This document shows, piece after piece, positions 29,576 through 43,060 of a stretch of 64,000 nucleotides of DNA. The translations under genes were made by a program, and so were the position numbers. The stretch is from Eledone cirrhosa (Eukaryota): the NCBI GenBank assembly GCA_964016885.1, contig OZ024748.1, positions 22,010,001 to 22,074,000 on the forward strand, written 5' to 3'. Below the pieces are notes generated by a model, which saw only the letters and a program-made list of their open reading frames with translations, had not been told where the DNA came from and made no database searches. The first letter of the stretch is position 1. Each line of letters starts with the position of its first letter.

Positions 29576-31300
29576 TGTCTTAGTTTAATTTATTTAGTGG
29601 TATGCTATCGTGCTATTTCAATTTAGAGGGTATTGTCTGAGTTTAATACAGTTAGTATTGCCTTACTTTAGTTTAGTTAGAGGGTGGTCTTAGTTTAATA
29701 TAGTTAGAGAGTGTTGTCTTAGTTTAATATAGTTAGAGGATGCTGTCTTAGTTTAATATAGTTAGTATTGTCTTAGTTTAATATAGTTAGAGCATGTTGT
29801 CTTAGTTTAATATAGTTAGAGGGTGTTGTCTTAGTTTAATACAATCGGAGGGTGTTATCTTAGGTTAATGTATTCAACGAGTTCTGTCTTAGGTTAATGT
29901 ATTCCGTGAGTTCCGTCTTAGGTTAATGTATTCAGTGAGTTCTGTCTTAGGTTAATGTATTCGGTGAGTTTTGTCTTAGGTTAATGTATTCCGTGAGTTC
30001 CGTCTTAGGTTAATGTATTCCGTGAGTTCTGTCTTAGGTTAATGTATTCCGTGAGTTCTGTCTTAGGTTAATGTATTCCGTGAGTTCTGTCTTAGGTTAA
30101 TGTATTCCGTGAGTTCTGTCTTAGGTTAATGTATTTAGTGAGTTCTGTCTTAGGTTAATGTATTTAGTGAGTTCTGTCTTAGGTTAATGTATTTAGTGAG
30201 TTCTGTCTTAGGTTAATGTATTCCGTGAGTTTTGTCTTAGGTTAATGTATTCCGTGAGTTCCGTCTTAGGTTAATGTATTCCGTGAGTTCTGTCTTAGGT
30301 TAATGTATTCCGTGAGTTCTGTCTTAGGTTAATGTATTCCGTGAGTTCTGTCTTAGGTTAATGTATTCCGTGAGTTCTGTCTTAGGTTAATGTATTTAGT
30401 GAGTTCTGTCTTAGGTTAATGTATTTAGTGAGTTCTGTCTTAGGTTAATGTATTCCGTGAGTTCTGTCTTAGGTTAATGTATTCCGTGAGTTCTGTCTTA
30501 GGTTAATGTATTCAGTGAGTTCTCTCTTAGGTTAATATATCCCGTGAGTTCTGTCTTAGGTTAATGTATTCCGTGAGTTCTGTCTTAGGTTAATGTATTT
30601 AGTGAGTTCTGTCTTAGGTTAATGTATTCAGTGAGTTCTGTCTTAGGTTAATATATCCCGTGAGTTCTGTCTTAGGTTAATGTATTCCGTGAGTTCTGTC
30701 TTAGGTTAATGTATTCCGTGAGTTCCGTCTTAGGTTAATGTATTCAGTGAGTTCTGTCTTAGGTTAATGTATTTAGTGAGTTCTGTCTTAGGTTAATGTA
30801 TTTAGTGAGTTCTGTCTTAGGTTAATGTATTTAGTGAGTTCTGTCTTAGGTTAATGTATTCCGTGAGTTCTGTCTTAGGTTAATGTATTTAGTGAGTTCT
30901 GTCTTAGGTTAATGTATTCAGTGAGTTCTGTCTTAGGTTAGTGTATTCCGTGAGTTCTGTCTTAGGTTAATGTATTCCGTGAGTTCTGTCTTAGGTTAAT
31001 GTATTCCGTGAGTTCTGTCTTAGGTTAATGTATTTAGTGAGTTCTGTCTTAGGTTAATGTATTCAGTGAGTTCTGTCTTAGGTTAATATATTCAGTGAGT
31101 TCTGTCTTAGGTTAATGTATTCAGTAAGTTCTGTCTTAGGTTAATGTATTCCGTGAGTTCTGTCTTAGGTTAATGTATTCAGTGAGTTCTGTCTTAGGTT
31201 AATGTATTCAGTAAGTTCTGTCTTAGGTTAATGTATTCAGTGAGTTCTGTCTTAGGTTAATGTATTCAGTAAGTTCTGTCTTAGGTTAATGTATTTAGAG
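29576..31300. repeat. 29-bp minisatellite GTCTTAGGTTAATGTATTCCGTGAGTTCT with diverged leading units
   Basis: About 49 homogeneous units from ~29860. Confidence 0.95.
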
Positions 31301-31784
31301 GGTGTTTGGGTTGTTTAAGTGTATCTTCTGTCTGCTGTCCAAATTTAATTGCAAACAAGTTCGTGGCTCAACCATAAATTTCACTGATTTGTTTAATTTT
31401 ATAATATAAACATTATTATTTTTCCTCTTGAGGGCAGAAAGTTCGGTTATTAGCTAGAATTGTAATAAATTGTAATGAAACGATTTAACATTTGTTGGCA
31501 CCACTTGAAAATATGTTAAGTCAGCTATGGTCTGTGAAACTATTGGCAGAAACTTATCTAAAGTATGGTAATATATTCTGCCGATCACACATCAATAACC
31601 CACCCTAACACACCTATCCACCCACCCATAACCACACCTACCCACCTATCCACCCATCAATACCTTCACCCAGCCCAGCCCAGCACCCACCAATCAGTAA
31701 TGACCTTGGACTCAACAACAACAACAGCAATACCAAAACACTAATGACGACATCAAAAGGAAATATACAGACGTATAGATATTT

Positions 31785-31887
<103 letters not shown>

Positions 31888-31984
31888 CATACACACACAC
31901 ACATGCACAAACATACATAAAGGCACACACACACATTACATCAATAGCGTTAACAATAAAAATAACAAGAATATCAGCAGACAG

Positions 31985-32499
31985 ACCACCACCACCACCA
32001 CCACCACCAACACCATCAACACAACCACCACCACCACCATCAACACAACCACCATCAACACCACCACCACCACCACCACCATCAACACCACCACCACCAC
32101 CACCACCACCATCAACACCATCATCAACACAACCACCACCAGCACCGCTACCACCACTACCACCACCATCAACACAACCACCATCAACACTACGACGACG
32201 ACCACCGCCACCACCATCAACATCACCACCACCACCACAACCACCACCACCATCAACACCGCCATCAACACCACCATCAACACCATCTCCAATATCAACA
32301 TCACCACCACCACCACCACCATCAACACCACCATCAACACCCCCACCCCCAGCACCCCCACCCCACCCCCACCACCATCAACACCACCACCACCAACACC
32401 GCCATCAACACCGCCATCAACACCACCATCAACACCATCTCCAATATCAACATCACCACCACCACCACCACCATAAACACCACCATCAACACCACCACC

Positions 32500-32532
<33 letters not shown>

Positions 32533-32601
32533 AACACCACCACCACCAACACCGCCATCAACACCACCATCAACACCATCAAAACCACCTCCAATATCAC
32601 C

Positions 32602-32634
<33 letters not shown>

Positions 32635-32943
32635 AACACCACCACCACCAACACCGCCATCAACACCACCATCAACACCATCAACACCACCTCCAATATC
32701 ACCACCACCACCACCACCACCACCACCACCACCACCACCACCACCACCATCAATACCACCACCATCGCCACCATCAACACCACCATCAACACCATCAACA
32801 ACACTACCACCATAAACACCACCACCACCACCACCACCACCACCACCAACAACAGCAACAATAACGATAGCAACAACAACAGCAACCACAGCGATACCAG
32901 CAACAATAATGATAACAACAACAACAGCAGCAACAATAACGAT

Positions 32944-32974
<31 letters not shown>

Positions 32975-33331
32975 GCAGCAATAACGATAACAACAACAAC
33001 AACAACAACAGCAGCAACAATAACGATAACAACAACAACAACAGCAGCAGCAACAACATCAACAATAATGATAACAACAACAACAACAACAACAAGAGCA
33101 ACAATATCGACGACGACAACAACAACAACAACAATAACAATAACAACAACAACAACAACAACAGCAGCAACGATAACAACAACAACAACAACAATACCAG
33201 CAACAGCAACAACAACAACAACAACAACAACAGCAACAATAACAACACCAACAATACCACCAACAACACCAACAATACCACCACCACCAACAACAACAAC
33301 AGCAACAGCAGCAACAATAAAGACGATGACG

Positions 33332-33370
<39 letters not shown>

Positions 33371-33470
33371 GCAGCAACAATAAAGACGATGACGACAACG
33401 ACAACAACAACAACAACGGCAACAATAACGATAACAACCGGAATAACAATAGCAACAAAAATAACAATAG
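31985..33470. repeat. (CAC)n/(CAA)n trinucleotide tract
   Basis: Direct observation. Confidence 0.95.
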
Positions 33471-34287
33471 AACTAAAATAAAATACTTTAAAAAAAAAAT
33501 GATAATAGTAAAAAATAAAGAAAAGTACAAATAACAAAAACAAACCTATATAAAAGAATTAAAACAAGGAAAACTAAAGTAAAAAATTAAAACTAAAAAT
33601 AAAAATAAATCCATTAATAGAGGCAAAGTTGGCCCCTTAAGGTTTGCAAGTCTATTGAATTGAAAACAAAATAATTTCCAGTTACACAGTGCTATTACAA
33701 ACAAACTTGATATTGTTTTTCAACTATTGAGTGCAGACTTTGACGTAAGTATAGATTCAACTCCCTTCCGCCACCCCTGTTGTAGAACCCTATGGTACTA
33801 AACCCCTAACTGTTCCCTTCTATAATGACTCTCTGTTCGTATTGACTGAACGCTGCGGCCACACAGCCCCCGTTGTAAGCAACTAGAAACTTAATTCGCT
33901 TCTTAACTTGCTTAAGGTCATTATAAGCTATTTGTATTCGCTGGGAGGGAAAAATCTTACTGGGTTCCATAACTCTCCCTCCTCTTCTCTCATCCTTTGG
34001 AGGGGGAAAAAAACACTTACTCGGTTCCTTAAAACACCCTACTCCCTTTCCACCCTGAGGAGGGAAAGCTTACAGGTTTTCCTTAACACTCCACCCGCCC
34101 CGGGAAGGAAAGCTTACAGGTTTCCTTAACACGCCACCCACACCAGGAGGAAAAACGTACACTCTCCATCTCGCCAAGGATATAGCTAAAGAAAAGAAAC
34201 ATTTTTAGATTTGTAAACAAGACTGTTTGACTTATAAAGTATTGAGAAATTTGAAAATATAGTTGCCACAATGCGGGTGACTATAAT

Positions 34288-34476
34288 AATTGTTTCTACT
34301 TTTGGCACAAGGCCAGCAATTATCCCAGTGCATTACTGGTGCTTTATTTTATCGATCCCATAGGGATGAAAGGCAAAGTTAACCTCGACGGGATTTCAAC
34401 TCAAACCGTAAAGGGCCGTAACTCTATGTTGCAAAGCATAGATTCCGACCCTCTACCGTTACTGCCAATCCACCAC
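34288..34476 (-). mobile_element. SINE family 1, full length
   Basis: Reverse copy. Confidence 0.9.
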
Positions 34477-35110
34477 TCTAATAATAGTTAAATAAATCGA
34501 GTAATGTATCCTTCGTCCCAATTTTTTTTGTCTTCAAGTGTACGTAATCCGATTTATTCAACTATTATCATAGTCACCTGAATAGTGACGACTATATTTT
34601 AAAATTAAAATTTTTAAAAATTCTTTAGCATTAAATTAATGAAAAAAAGTCAGATAGTTCCTTAAGTTTCATGATCGATCTCATGGGATTTTAGATAACA
34701 TCCCTTCAATATCAATTATTGAGAAGAGTGATTCACAACCTGAACCAGATGAACCACCAGTGGTCCTGACTAAAGATTGTTGTGATCCACAGCAAATTTC
34801 ATAACACCAAGGAAGCCATTAATCTATTAAGTAAGACAGTCTAATATATATATATATATATATAGAAATAAAAGGAAAGCACAAACGGGGGACAGTCCCT
34901 TCTTCAGTTGTCTGTTGGAGGTCACGGGCATTTCAACGCATTAAAGACAATATGTCTAACCCCAGTGCGTCAATAACTTGTAAAAGTCATTGGGGAAGGA
35001 AAAAAGGAGAGAGAAAAAAAAATTAAACAGAAGAGAAAAAAACGAAAAAAAAAAAAAGAAACGCAGAGAACATACCGAAAAACACGAGAAGCACATGTAT
35101 GTAAGTAACC

Positions 35111-35179
<69 letters not shown>

Positions 35180-35658
35180 CAAACCAATTAAAAGTAAATC
35201 TCGATGTACATCATTATATAATGAATGAGTCTCCCAATTGTAAGTATTTATGTTCTATTATGATGTATAATACAATTAAAACTAAATATATATTTAGTGG
35301 TCTACAAAGTTTTCCCCCATGAATTGTATGGATTATATTGTGAACAAAAACTGTTGTGGATCATTGCTTTAGAATTCATCTGAAATATATGCCATTTCCA
35401 ATGCAAATGGAAAGAAACATGAATAATGCCAACAACAATACTTATTTTCGTCTCCGTCATAAACCATCGTAAAAATTGCATGGCGTTTAAACAAAACATT
35501 ACAAAATCATATGTAATAATGTAAAATAAGCAGGAAGATATTTGTAGACTGTCTAGCTACCCAGGATTGTCAACTGCACATGCGTTGCTGATGAACAATA
35601 GGATTACATGCGTTGCTGATGAACAATAAGATTACATATCACATTGCATATATATATA

Positions 35659-36165
35659 TATTAATAAGAGGAATTCCAACTTTGTCTGATTTACTCGTTT
35701 TATTTACAATCCTTTAAAATATATATAATATGGTATTATAATGAAATAGTATGATAGAATATTAAATTCTAAGTGTTAATTGAACAAGTACTTTCATGCT
35801 TTCGCAATCTTCAGGTTCATGATATGTGGTGACAGTCAAGTTTGCAATTTTCAACTGTTGAAAATTTGCAATTGTCAACACAGTTGAAAATTGAAAACTG
35901 TTGAAAGTTTGCAATTGTCAACACAGTTGAAAATTGCAAACTCGACTGTCACCACATATCATGAACCTGAAGATTGCGAAAGCATGAAAGTACTTGTTCA
36001 ATTAACACTTAGAATTTAATATTCTATCATACTATTTCATTATAATACCATATTATATATATTTTAAAGGATTGTAAATAAAACGAGTAAATCAGACAAA
36101 GTTGGAATTCCTCTTATTAATATAATCTTCTATACACAATCATACACACCCGTGTATATTTACCT
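35659..36165 (+). mobile_element. TA-embedded foldback element (~200-bp arms, scrambled centre, ~40-nt tail) with hammerhead motif
   Basis: 35659-~35857 is the reverse complement of ~35921-36123. Confidence 0.9.
35962..36000 (+). ncRNA. Minimal type I hammerhead ribozyme
   Basis: TGAAC-CTGAAGA-T-TGC-GAAA-GCA-T-GAAA-GTAC-TT-GTTCA; stem I, GNRA-capped stem II, palindromic stem III. Confidence 0.85.
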
Positions 36166-36172
36166 ATCTATA

Positions 36173-36219
<47 letters not shown>

Positions 36220-36222
<3 letters not shown>

Positions 36223-36470
36223 GGGGTTAACCGAACAAGGAAGTGCGGACCACATAACAGTCTGTCGGTATTGAAGTAATGAAGTAGATAAACGAAAGCG
36301 CTTCACGACCTTCATAAAAGCACAAGCCGGAGCATTATATATCAATAAAAATCCGAGGCCATATTCATTTGGATTTGGTTTTGGTTTATTCAAATCCGTA
36401 ATGTACATTTCGCTGAGGAATGTTAGTTAGGGCAACCTGAGCTTCTCAAATAGTAAACCTAAAAAACAAT
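36220..36470 (-). mobile_element. TA-adjacent element, family B (homologous to 53130-53508), degenerate hammerhead
   Basis: Shared TATGGCCTC.GAT..., TATATAATGCTCCG, ACCGACAGA...ATGTGGTC; GAAA-TGTACA-TT-ACGG. Confidence 0.7.
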
Positions 36471-37336
36471 GAAAAACCTTTAAATTTGGGAAAGGTTTAC
36501 TTTTCTTGTCTTGATACTTGGGGGCGACCGGGCGTGTGATATTATTTCCTCAGCCAGTTGGCCCTCTGTATCAAGACAAGAAACGTAAACCTCCAAATTT
36601 AAATGTGTGTGTGTGTGTATATAATATATACTATAAGATACAATGCCCAACGGTCAAGCTGAAACCATTTCGATGCCATAAAAAATGGGTGTGTATGTGT
36701 GTGTTAGTGTGTGTCTGTCTGTGTGTGTGTGTTAGTGTGTGTGTGTGTGAATGTGTGTGTGTGTGTGTCTGTTTGTCTGTGTGTGTGCGTGTGTGTCTTA
36801 TATACAGTAAGCTGGTACAATTAATTCTGCTCGCAGTGAAACAAATCAAAACAAGTCGTACAAACTGCATGATGGGATTGATGAGTTAATATCTGTATAC
36901 AACAACTACAACGTTACTCGATGGGGCCCACCCACAGCCCCGGCGGACAGAATGGAGAAGGCATTTCCCCGGAGGACGGCAAGGGAGACGCGCTGGAAAA
37001 GCCACTCCATCTCGCGGGGCTCACACCTGCGGCTGGCCAGCTCAGCGCCTACCAGTTCCACTGACAGGAAAACCCTAGACATACTTGTAATCGAATTTGT
37101 TTTTTTTTCGGGGGTAGTCTAACTTAGAATTGAACGAAGAAGCCTCACACTTTTCTAAATAAAGGGCCGGAAGAAGCGCCACTAAATATATTCCTATTTT
37201 TTAAAAAACAATATTACTAGTCTACCATTCCTAAACAAACGCATAACTTAAAAATGTAGAAAACCCAAAGGTATACGGAGTTCAATTCTCTGTAACGATT
37301 GCTGACTACATTTTCCGTCCACGGGGGGAAACTATT

Positions 37337-37512
37337 AGTGTTGGACACCATGCTTCGTAGTGTTATGAGTTCAAATCCTGTCGAGGTTAGATTTGCCTTT
37401 CATCCTTGCGGGATCAATAAAATAAAGTACCAGTAATGCACTGGAGGTCGATTTAATAGACTTTCCCCTCCCCTTCAAATTGCTGGCCTTGTGCCTAAAG
37501 TAGAAATAATTA
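37337..37512 (+). mobile_element. SINE family 1, long variant with an extra ~30-bp segment
   Basis: GGTCGATTTAATAGACTTTCCCCTCCCCTTC before the common 3' end. Confidence 0.85.
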
Positions 37513-37796
37513 TTTATAGCAATCGATTGCAGTTACAGTAATGTTTTGCATTTGGAATCCCTACATTTTTTAAGAATTTCAAAACTACCCAATGCTCCAA
37601 TAGATTATACAAACACATTTTATTTAGTTGTCACTAAATGACTAGTTAGACACATGTCTATCCAATACATATACTCACAGAGCTTCTTAATATACATTTC
37701 TAACAACTAGACCGGGGTGTGCAACATATTCCATTGGTGGACCACTTTTGAACATTGGAACAACTATTAGGGCCATTAATATTTATTAAGCAATAG

Positions 37797-37986
37797 GGCG
37801 GTGAATTGGCAGTATCAGTAGAGGGTCGAACACCATGCTTTGACGCATAGAGTTACGGCCCTTGCCATTCTGAGTTCAAATCCCGCCGAGGTTAACTTTG
37901 CCTTTCATCCTTACGGGGTCGATAAAATAAAGTACCAGTAATGCACTGGGTAATTGCTGGCCTTGTGCCTAAAGTAGAAACAATTA
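37797..37986 (+). mobile_element. SINE family 1, full length with TSD (ATTAATATTTATTAAGCA)
   Basis: A/B boxes; flanking direct repeat. Confidence 0.93.
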
Positions 37987-39365
37987 ATATTTATTAAGCA
38001 CTATTCCAAACATTCACCACAACTTCTTTCCATAACATGGAACTGGGAAATTATAACACACATAGCCCTATCAGTGAAGACCTTTAGTGAAGGTCAACTA
38101 ACAGAAAATTGTATTACGGCTACGAAAAAAATTCTAAATAAGCCTACAAGGTAAAAATTAAAAGCGGTCATCGCGGACCACTCTGATTGGTCTGGCGGGC
38201 CGGATTGTGGTCCGGGGTCCACCTGTTGAGATATAGATATAGAACTAGACGATATAGCACATCTAGAATAACGTGTACAGTGGTAAAGTGGTTAATTTCA
38301 ATACTTTTTCCAGGCGAGAATTGTGTTTTTTGTTGAGTTGTATTTTGGGAGCTATTTTTTTCGAGTAAAAATTATACAGAAATGTTGACTTCCTAAATAT
38401 TTTAGGACTATTTATCCTGCTAAAGAAGGGGATAACCTTGCGGGCCTCATGACAAACTTCATACACATCATGAGGATGCCACCTCTTATGATACGCAGAA
38501 ATAGTTAACCAATTCTAAATCGAATACATACAACATCGTATTTTAGTAGTTACATAGTTTAGTAATGGAACACAACACCTATAGCTATATAATTAGTTAT
38601 CTCCATATAACTATTTACCATACATCTATGGCTTGTTCACTAATATATTCTCTGTCGTTCTATCTCAGTTCTTTGGTTAAGAAAGAGTAAATAAGAACAT
38701 TTTCAATTTATTTAGATTGATGGATGTTTTTCACGAAATCGTCTGTTTATAGTGGATTATTTCATACATTCTTTTATCAGCTCAATCAATATTCTTGAAT
38801 CAATTCTTTTTCTTCCCCCGTATTTTTTTGTCTTTTCGCACTACCATTCTCCCTTTTTATATCTTTTCTATTTTATTCAATGAAACTTGATTCTGATATC
38901 AATCCACTGGCTATACAATCACTCATACTACTTCTCTCTGTAGTGAAGTAGCTTCTTCTTCACCTTGCGGTCAAAACCACCATTTATAGCTTACCACCAA
39001 CAGCCCGGCTTAGAGAGAAAGTTTGCGCTTGTCTGCGACAATAATCCACCAGCTTCGGTTGGTGTAATTAAGTAATACAACCAACAAAATAAAATCGAGA
39101 AAATACCGCTTAAGGCTTTCAGAAAGCCCAAATAGCAAACTTTCCAAGTAGCACAATCATTTTGCGTCGGTCCTTCTTAGAACTTTGTTATTTAAGCCAG
39201 TCAGCTTCTTTTAAGCTTGAATACCACCAACCCTAACCTATCAGATGCTTCCAGTTTTATTTAAATGTCGTTTTAAGTTGATCCCTTTCGTTATTAATGG
39301 GCGCTCGTGTGTATGTATGTATGTATGTATGTATGTATGTATGTATGTATGTATGTATGTATGTA

Positions 39366-39396
<31 letters not shown>

Positions 39397-39895
39397 ATGT
39401 ATGTCGCTATGTTTGTATGTATATGTATGTGTATGTAAGTATGTATGTATATAAGTATGTATGTATGTAAGTATGTATGTATGCATGTATGTTTGTTGGT
39501 ATGTATGCATGTATGTTTGTTGGTATGAATGTATGCATGTATGTTTGTTGGTATGTATGTATGCATGTATGTGTATGTATGCATGTATGTGTATGTATAT
39601 ATATATATGAATGTATGCTTACATGTATGTATGTGTGTGTTTATGTATGTATGTATGTATGTATGTATGTATGTATGTATGTATGTATGTATGTATGTAT
39701 GTATGTATGTATACATGTAAGTATGTATGCGTGTACATATGCATGTATGCATGTATGTGTGTATGTATGTATAGTTTCTACTCAAATACATTTTATTTGT
39801 GTTTAGATAATGTGATTAATGGCTGGGTTTTGTGTGTGGGATTCATGTTCACACACACACATATATATATATGTATATATATAAGTATATGTATA

Positions 39896-40014
<119 letters not shown>

Positions 40015-40109
40015 TCTAAATCTAGGTGTTGAAACGGCTGGAGCTCAGCCGTCAGGGTCCCGAATTTTTCATATATATATATATTTATATATATGTGTGT
40101 GTGTGTATA

Positions 40110-40427
40110 AATAGGGAGATATAAAGCAGGCTTTGTTTAGAAACAGCTAGCGAATTTGAAAATTAGGTGATAACATGTGCTTACGCCGTATTTGACTAAA
40201 TAAAATTAGTCTGTCATTTGGGATTTTAAAAACCTTCTGAATGGAAAAAAAGGATGAGTATTGACGTACCTGGGACACGAACCCATGTGTTACCATTACA
40301 CATTGTTCCGGCAAACCAAAGATGTGGGTTCGTGTCCCAGGTAAGTCAATACTCATCCTTTTTTCCATTCAGAGGGTTTTTAAAAATCCTAACAGACTAA
40401 GTTTATCTTGTCAAATATGTTACTACC

Positions 40428-40432
<5 letters not shown>
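40110..40432. mobile_element. Foldback element with a tRNA-like head at its centre
   Basis: ~40187-40286 inverted relative to ~40323-40420; GGGTTCGTGTCCC B-box-like motif. Confidence 0.7.
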
Positions 40433-40491
<59 letters not shown>

Positions 40492-40592
40492 CGTGTAATT
40501 AGTGTCTACGTTCGGTTAAGTTTTATGTTGTGTAATTTTTTATTATTTTTTTTACTCATTTCATTTACTCATTTCATTTTTTACATATTTCA

Positions 40593-40632
<40 letters not shown>

Positions 40633-40811
40633 ATCGAATGTGCATATAGGTACCCGCTAATAAACGTATATAGAGGCACGTAAAAGTGGTCTGATAAGGT
40701 ATCAGCTTATTGGGATATCGGCGATATATATATATATATATATATATATATTCCGTTCTTGCCCTGTCCGCTACCTCAATCTTTCTATGTCTTCTTTAAT
40801 TTCTCATTCTT

Positions 40812-40847
40812 TCTTCTGATGAAGGACTATCGTCCGAAACGTTAAGA
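40812..40847 (+). ncRNA. Minimal hammerhead ribozyme within a TA-embedded element (40752-40945)
   Basis: TCTT-CTGATGA-A-GGAC-TATC-GTCC-GAAA-CG-TT-AAGA. Confidence 0.85.
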
Positions 40848-40962
40848 CTCGTTTTCTACTATATCAAGCATAAAACTAATAATATATTTCTTCATTGTAC
40901 TGTGTCATTTGCTTTGTAATTTCTGTTTGCTTTTTGCATACTTAAATATATATATATATATA

Positions 40963-41626
40963 TATTGTTATACTTTGGGAGGGTCATGTTGCCAATAAGA
41001 AACACACGCACCAAATGCTTTCACTTCAATTTATTATATATTTATAAATTTACAAATTTACAAATTTCTGGTTGGTTGGTTGGTTCCACAACCAGATAGT
41101 TGTTTATATATAGTCATAATCCTTTCGTCACACACTCTGTGACCTCTTCAGTGACTGGGGATTCCTTTCTTCTCTTCGTTTCTGTGCCTTTCCTTTCTTC
41201 TATCCTACGCCATTTTGTTTCACAGAGTGACCTCTTCAGTGACTGGGGATTCCTTTCTTCTCTTCGTTTCTGTGCCTTTCCTTTCTTCTATCCTACGCCA
41301 TTTTGTTTCTGTGAAACAAAATGGCGTAGGATAGAAGAAAGGAAAGGCACAGAAACGAAGAGAAGAAAGGAATCCCCAGTCACTGAAGAGGTCACAGAGT
41401 GTGTGACGAAAGGATTATGACTATATATAAACAACTATCTGGTTGTGGAACCAACCAACCAACCAGAAATTTGTAAATTTGTAAATTTATAAATATATAA
41501 TAAATTGAAGTGAAAGCAACTGGTGCGTGTGTTTCTTATTGGCAACATGACCCTCCCAAAGTATAACAATATCGGTTTCAACACACGATTTCAGATAAAG
41601 AATCTTGCTAAACAAATTCAGAAACG

Positions 41627-41628
<2 letters not shown>
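40963..41628 (+). mobile_element. TA-embedded foldback element (~260-bp arms, internal ~85-bp duplication, ~58-nt tail) with hammerhead motif
   Basis: 40963-41225 is the reverse complement of ~41308-41571. Confidence 0.9.
41378..41422 (+). ncRNA. Minimal hammerhead ribozyme
   Basis: AGTCA-CTGAAGA-G-GTCACA-GAGTG-TGTGAC-GAAA-GGAT-TA-TGACT. Confidence 0.8.
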
Positions 41629-41678
<50 letters not shown>

Positions 41679-41896
41679 TCTTAATTTTGATGTAGATAAT
41701 CTCAGTCAAATGCATTCCTTGGTTGAGCTATTTGGTTTTCTATGTATGTACGGACACGTAAATCCCTCTAGAGTCGTAGGGGCTCCGTAGTGATATAGGG
41801 CACATATTGGGGATTTTAAACCTGGCAGAGCCCATCCTCTCTCCAAGTTTGAACACACCCAATTACTTCCAAAGAAAGAGAGAGAAAGATATGTTT

Positions 41897-42144
41897 CTTT
41901 TATTTGCCACCAGGGCATCAAAAGTGGGACAAGTACAAGGGGGGAGTTTACACAAAAAGGCGTCCTCAATAAGGAGGAGGCAATAACAATATATAAAAAT
42001 AATATATAACAAAAAATAAAATTTATAACAAAATCCTCAATAGAGAGGAGGCGCCTTGGGGGGTCTCACACACCCCCGAAAAAAGTGTGCAACCCTTTTC
42101 CTCAGGAGCACAGAGAGGGGGTGCTCCCTCGTTCCTTCCTCTTT
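41897..42144 (-). mobile_element. 3' UTR fragment of a LINE related to the 1-3990 element
   Basis: Reverse complement aligns with ~3775-3985 (GGGAGCAC hairpin, TTTTTCGGGGGTGTGTG, GTGGCAAATAAA). Confidence 0.8.
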
Positions 42145-42179
42145 AAAGAAGAAGTTAGACATGAAGGAAGAAACGACCT

Positions 42180-42335
42180 CAATACTGAACTGGTGTTTCT
42201 TTAATCAACCTCAAAAGGATAAAAAGGTAAAGTTGACTTTCGCTGGATTTGAACTCCGAGAACACAAAGAGCTGGAATAAATACCCCAAAAGCATTTTAT
42301 AGGATGCTCCAACGACTCTGCCTATTCGCCGCCTT
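42180..42335 (-). mobile_element. Old diverged SINE, family 1-related
   Basis: AAAGTTGAC...GGATTTGAACTC...CTCTGCC. Confidence 0.65.
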
Positions 42336-43023
42336 CGTTATTTCACAACAGTCTTGCTAAAAACATCGCGAGATCTATTTTCTTTTACCACAAATACATT
42401 TAATCCATGTCCAGTCGTTTGAGCGAAGTCATTTTGAGCGAAGTTGAAATTATGTGCATTTTGAGCGATGCCTATTAAGCGTTGTTACTCAACGTGGTTT
42501 CATTTCTTAGTTTTGTTTTAGTGGTGGTCTCAGTATGTGATCATGCTAGCACATCGTTCATAGCAACACTGGTTTATATTTTTCAAGCCTGGTACTTATT
42601 TTATCAATTCACAACCTTTGACTTCCCGTGACCTCAACCAAATGAAAGTTGGAATGAAAAATCGACTACTAACATGCTTCGATCATGTGTGAGTGAGTGT
42701 GTGTTTTTTTTTGTGTGTGTTTATTGTGTGTGTTTGTACGTATGTGTGTGTGTGTGAAAGAGAATGTTTGTATGTGCGTTGGCGAGTATATGTCGGTGCG
42801 TGTTTGTGTGTGTGTGTGTTTGTGTTGTGTGTCCGTGTGTGCATGTGTGTTTGTGTGTGTCTGAGTGTCTGACTGTGTGTTTTTTTTTTGTGTGTAGGAG
42901 TTTGTCTGCGTGAGTGTTTGTCTTTGTATGTATGTGTGCGTGCGTGAGTCTGTGTGTGCGTGCGCGCGCGTGAGAGTGTGTGTGTGCGTGAGTGTGTGTG
43001 TGTGTGTGTGTGTGTACGTGTGT

Positions 43024-43060
<37 letters not shown>

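Noticed and set aside
29860-31300. CRISPR-like or telomeric (TTAGG) array
   Set aside because: Head-to-tail units with no unique spacers, eukaryotic context, and TTAGG occurs only once per 29-bp unit
36900-37085. GC-rich island as a missing hedgehog exon
   Set aside because: No Hh-N motifs (e.g. RCK, LRVTEGWD, HYEGRA, GFDWV) recognised
37797-37986. tRNA genes
   Set aside because: A/B boxes belong to SINE heads; no complete cloverleaf
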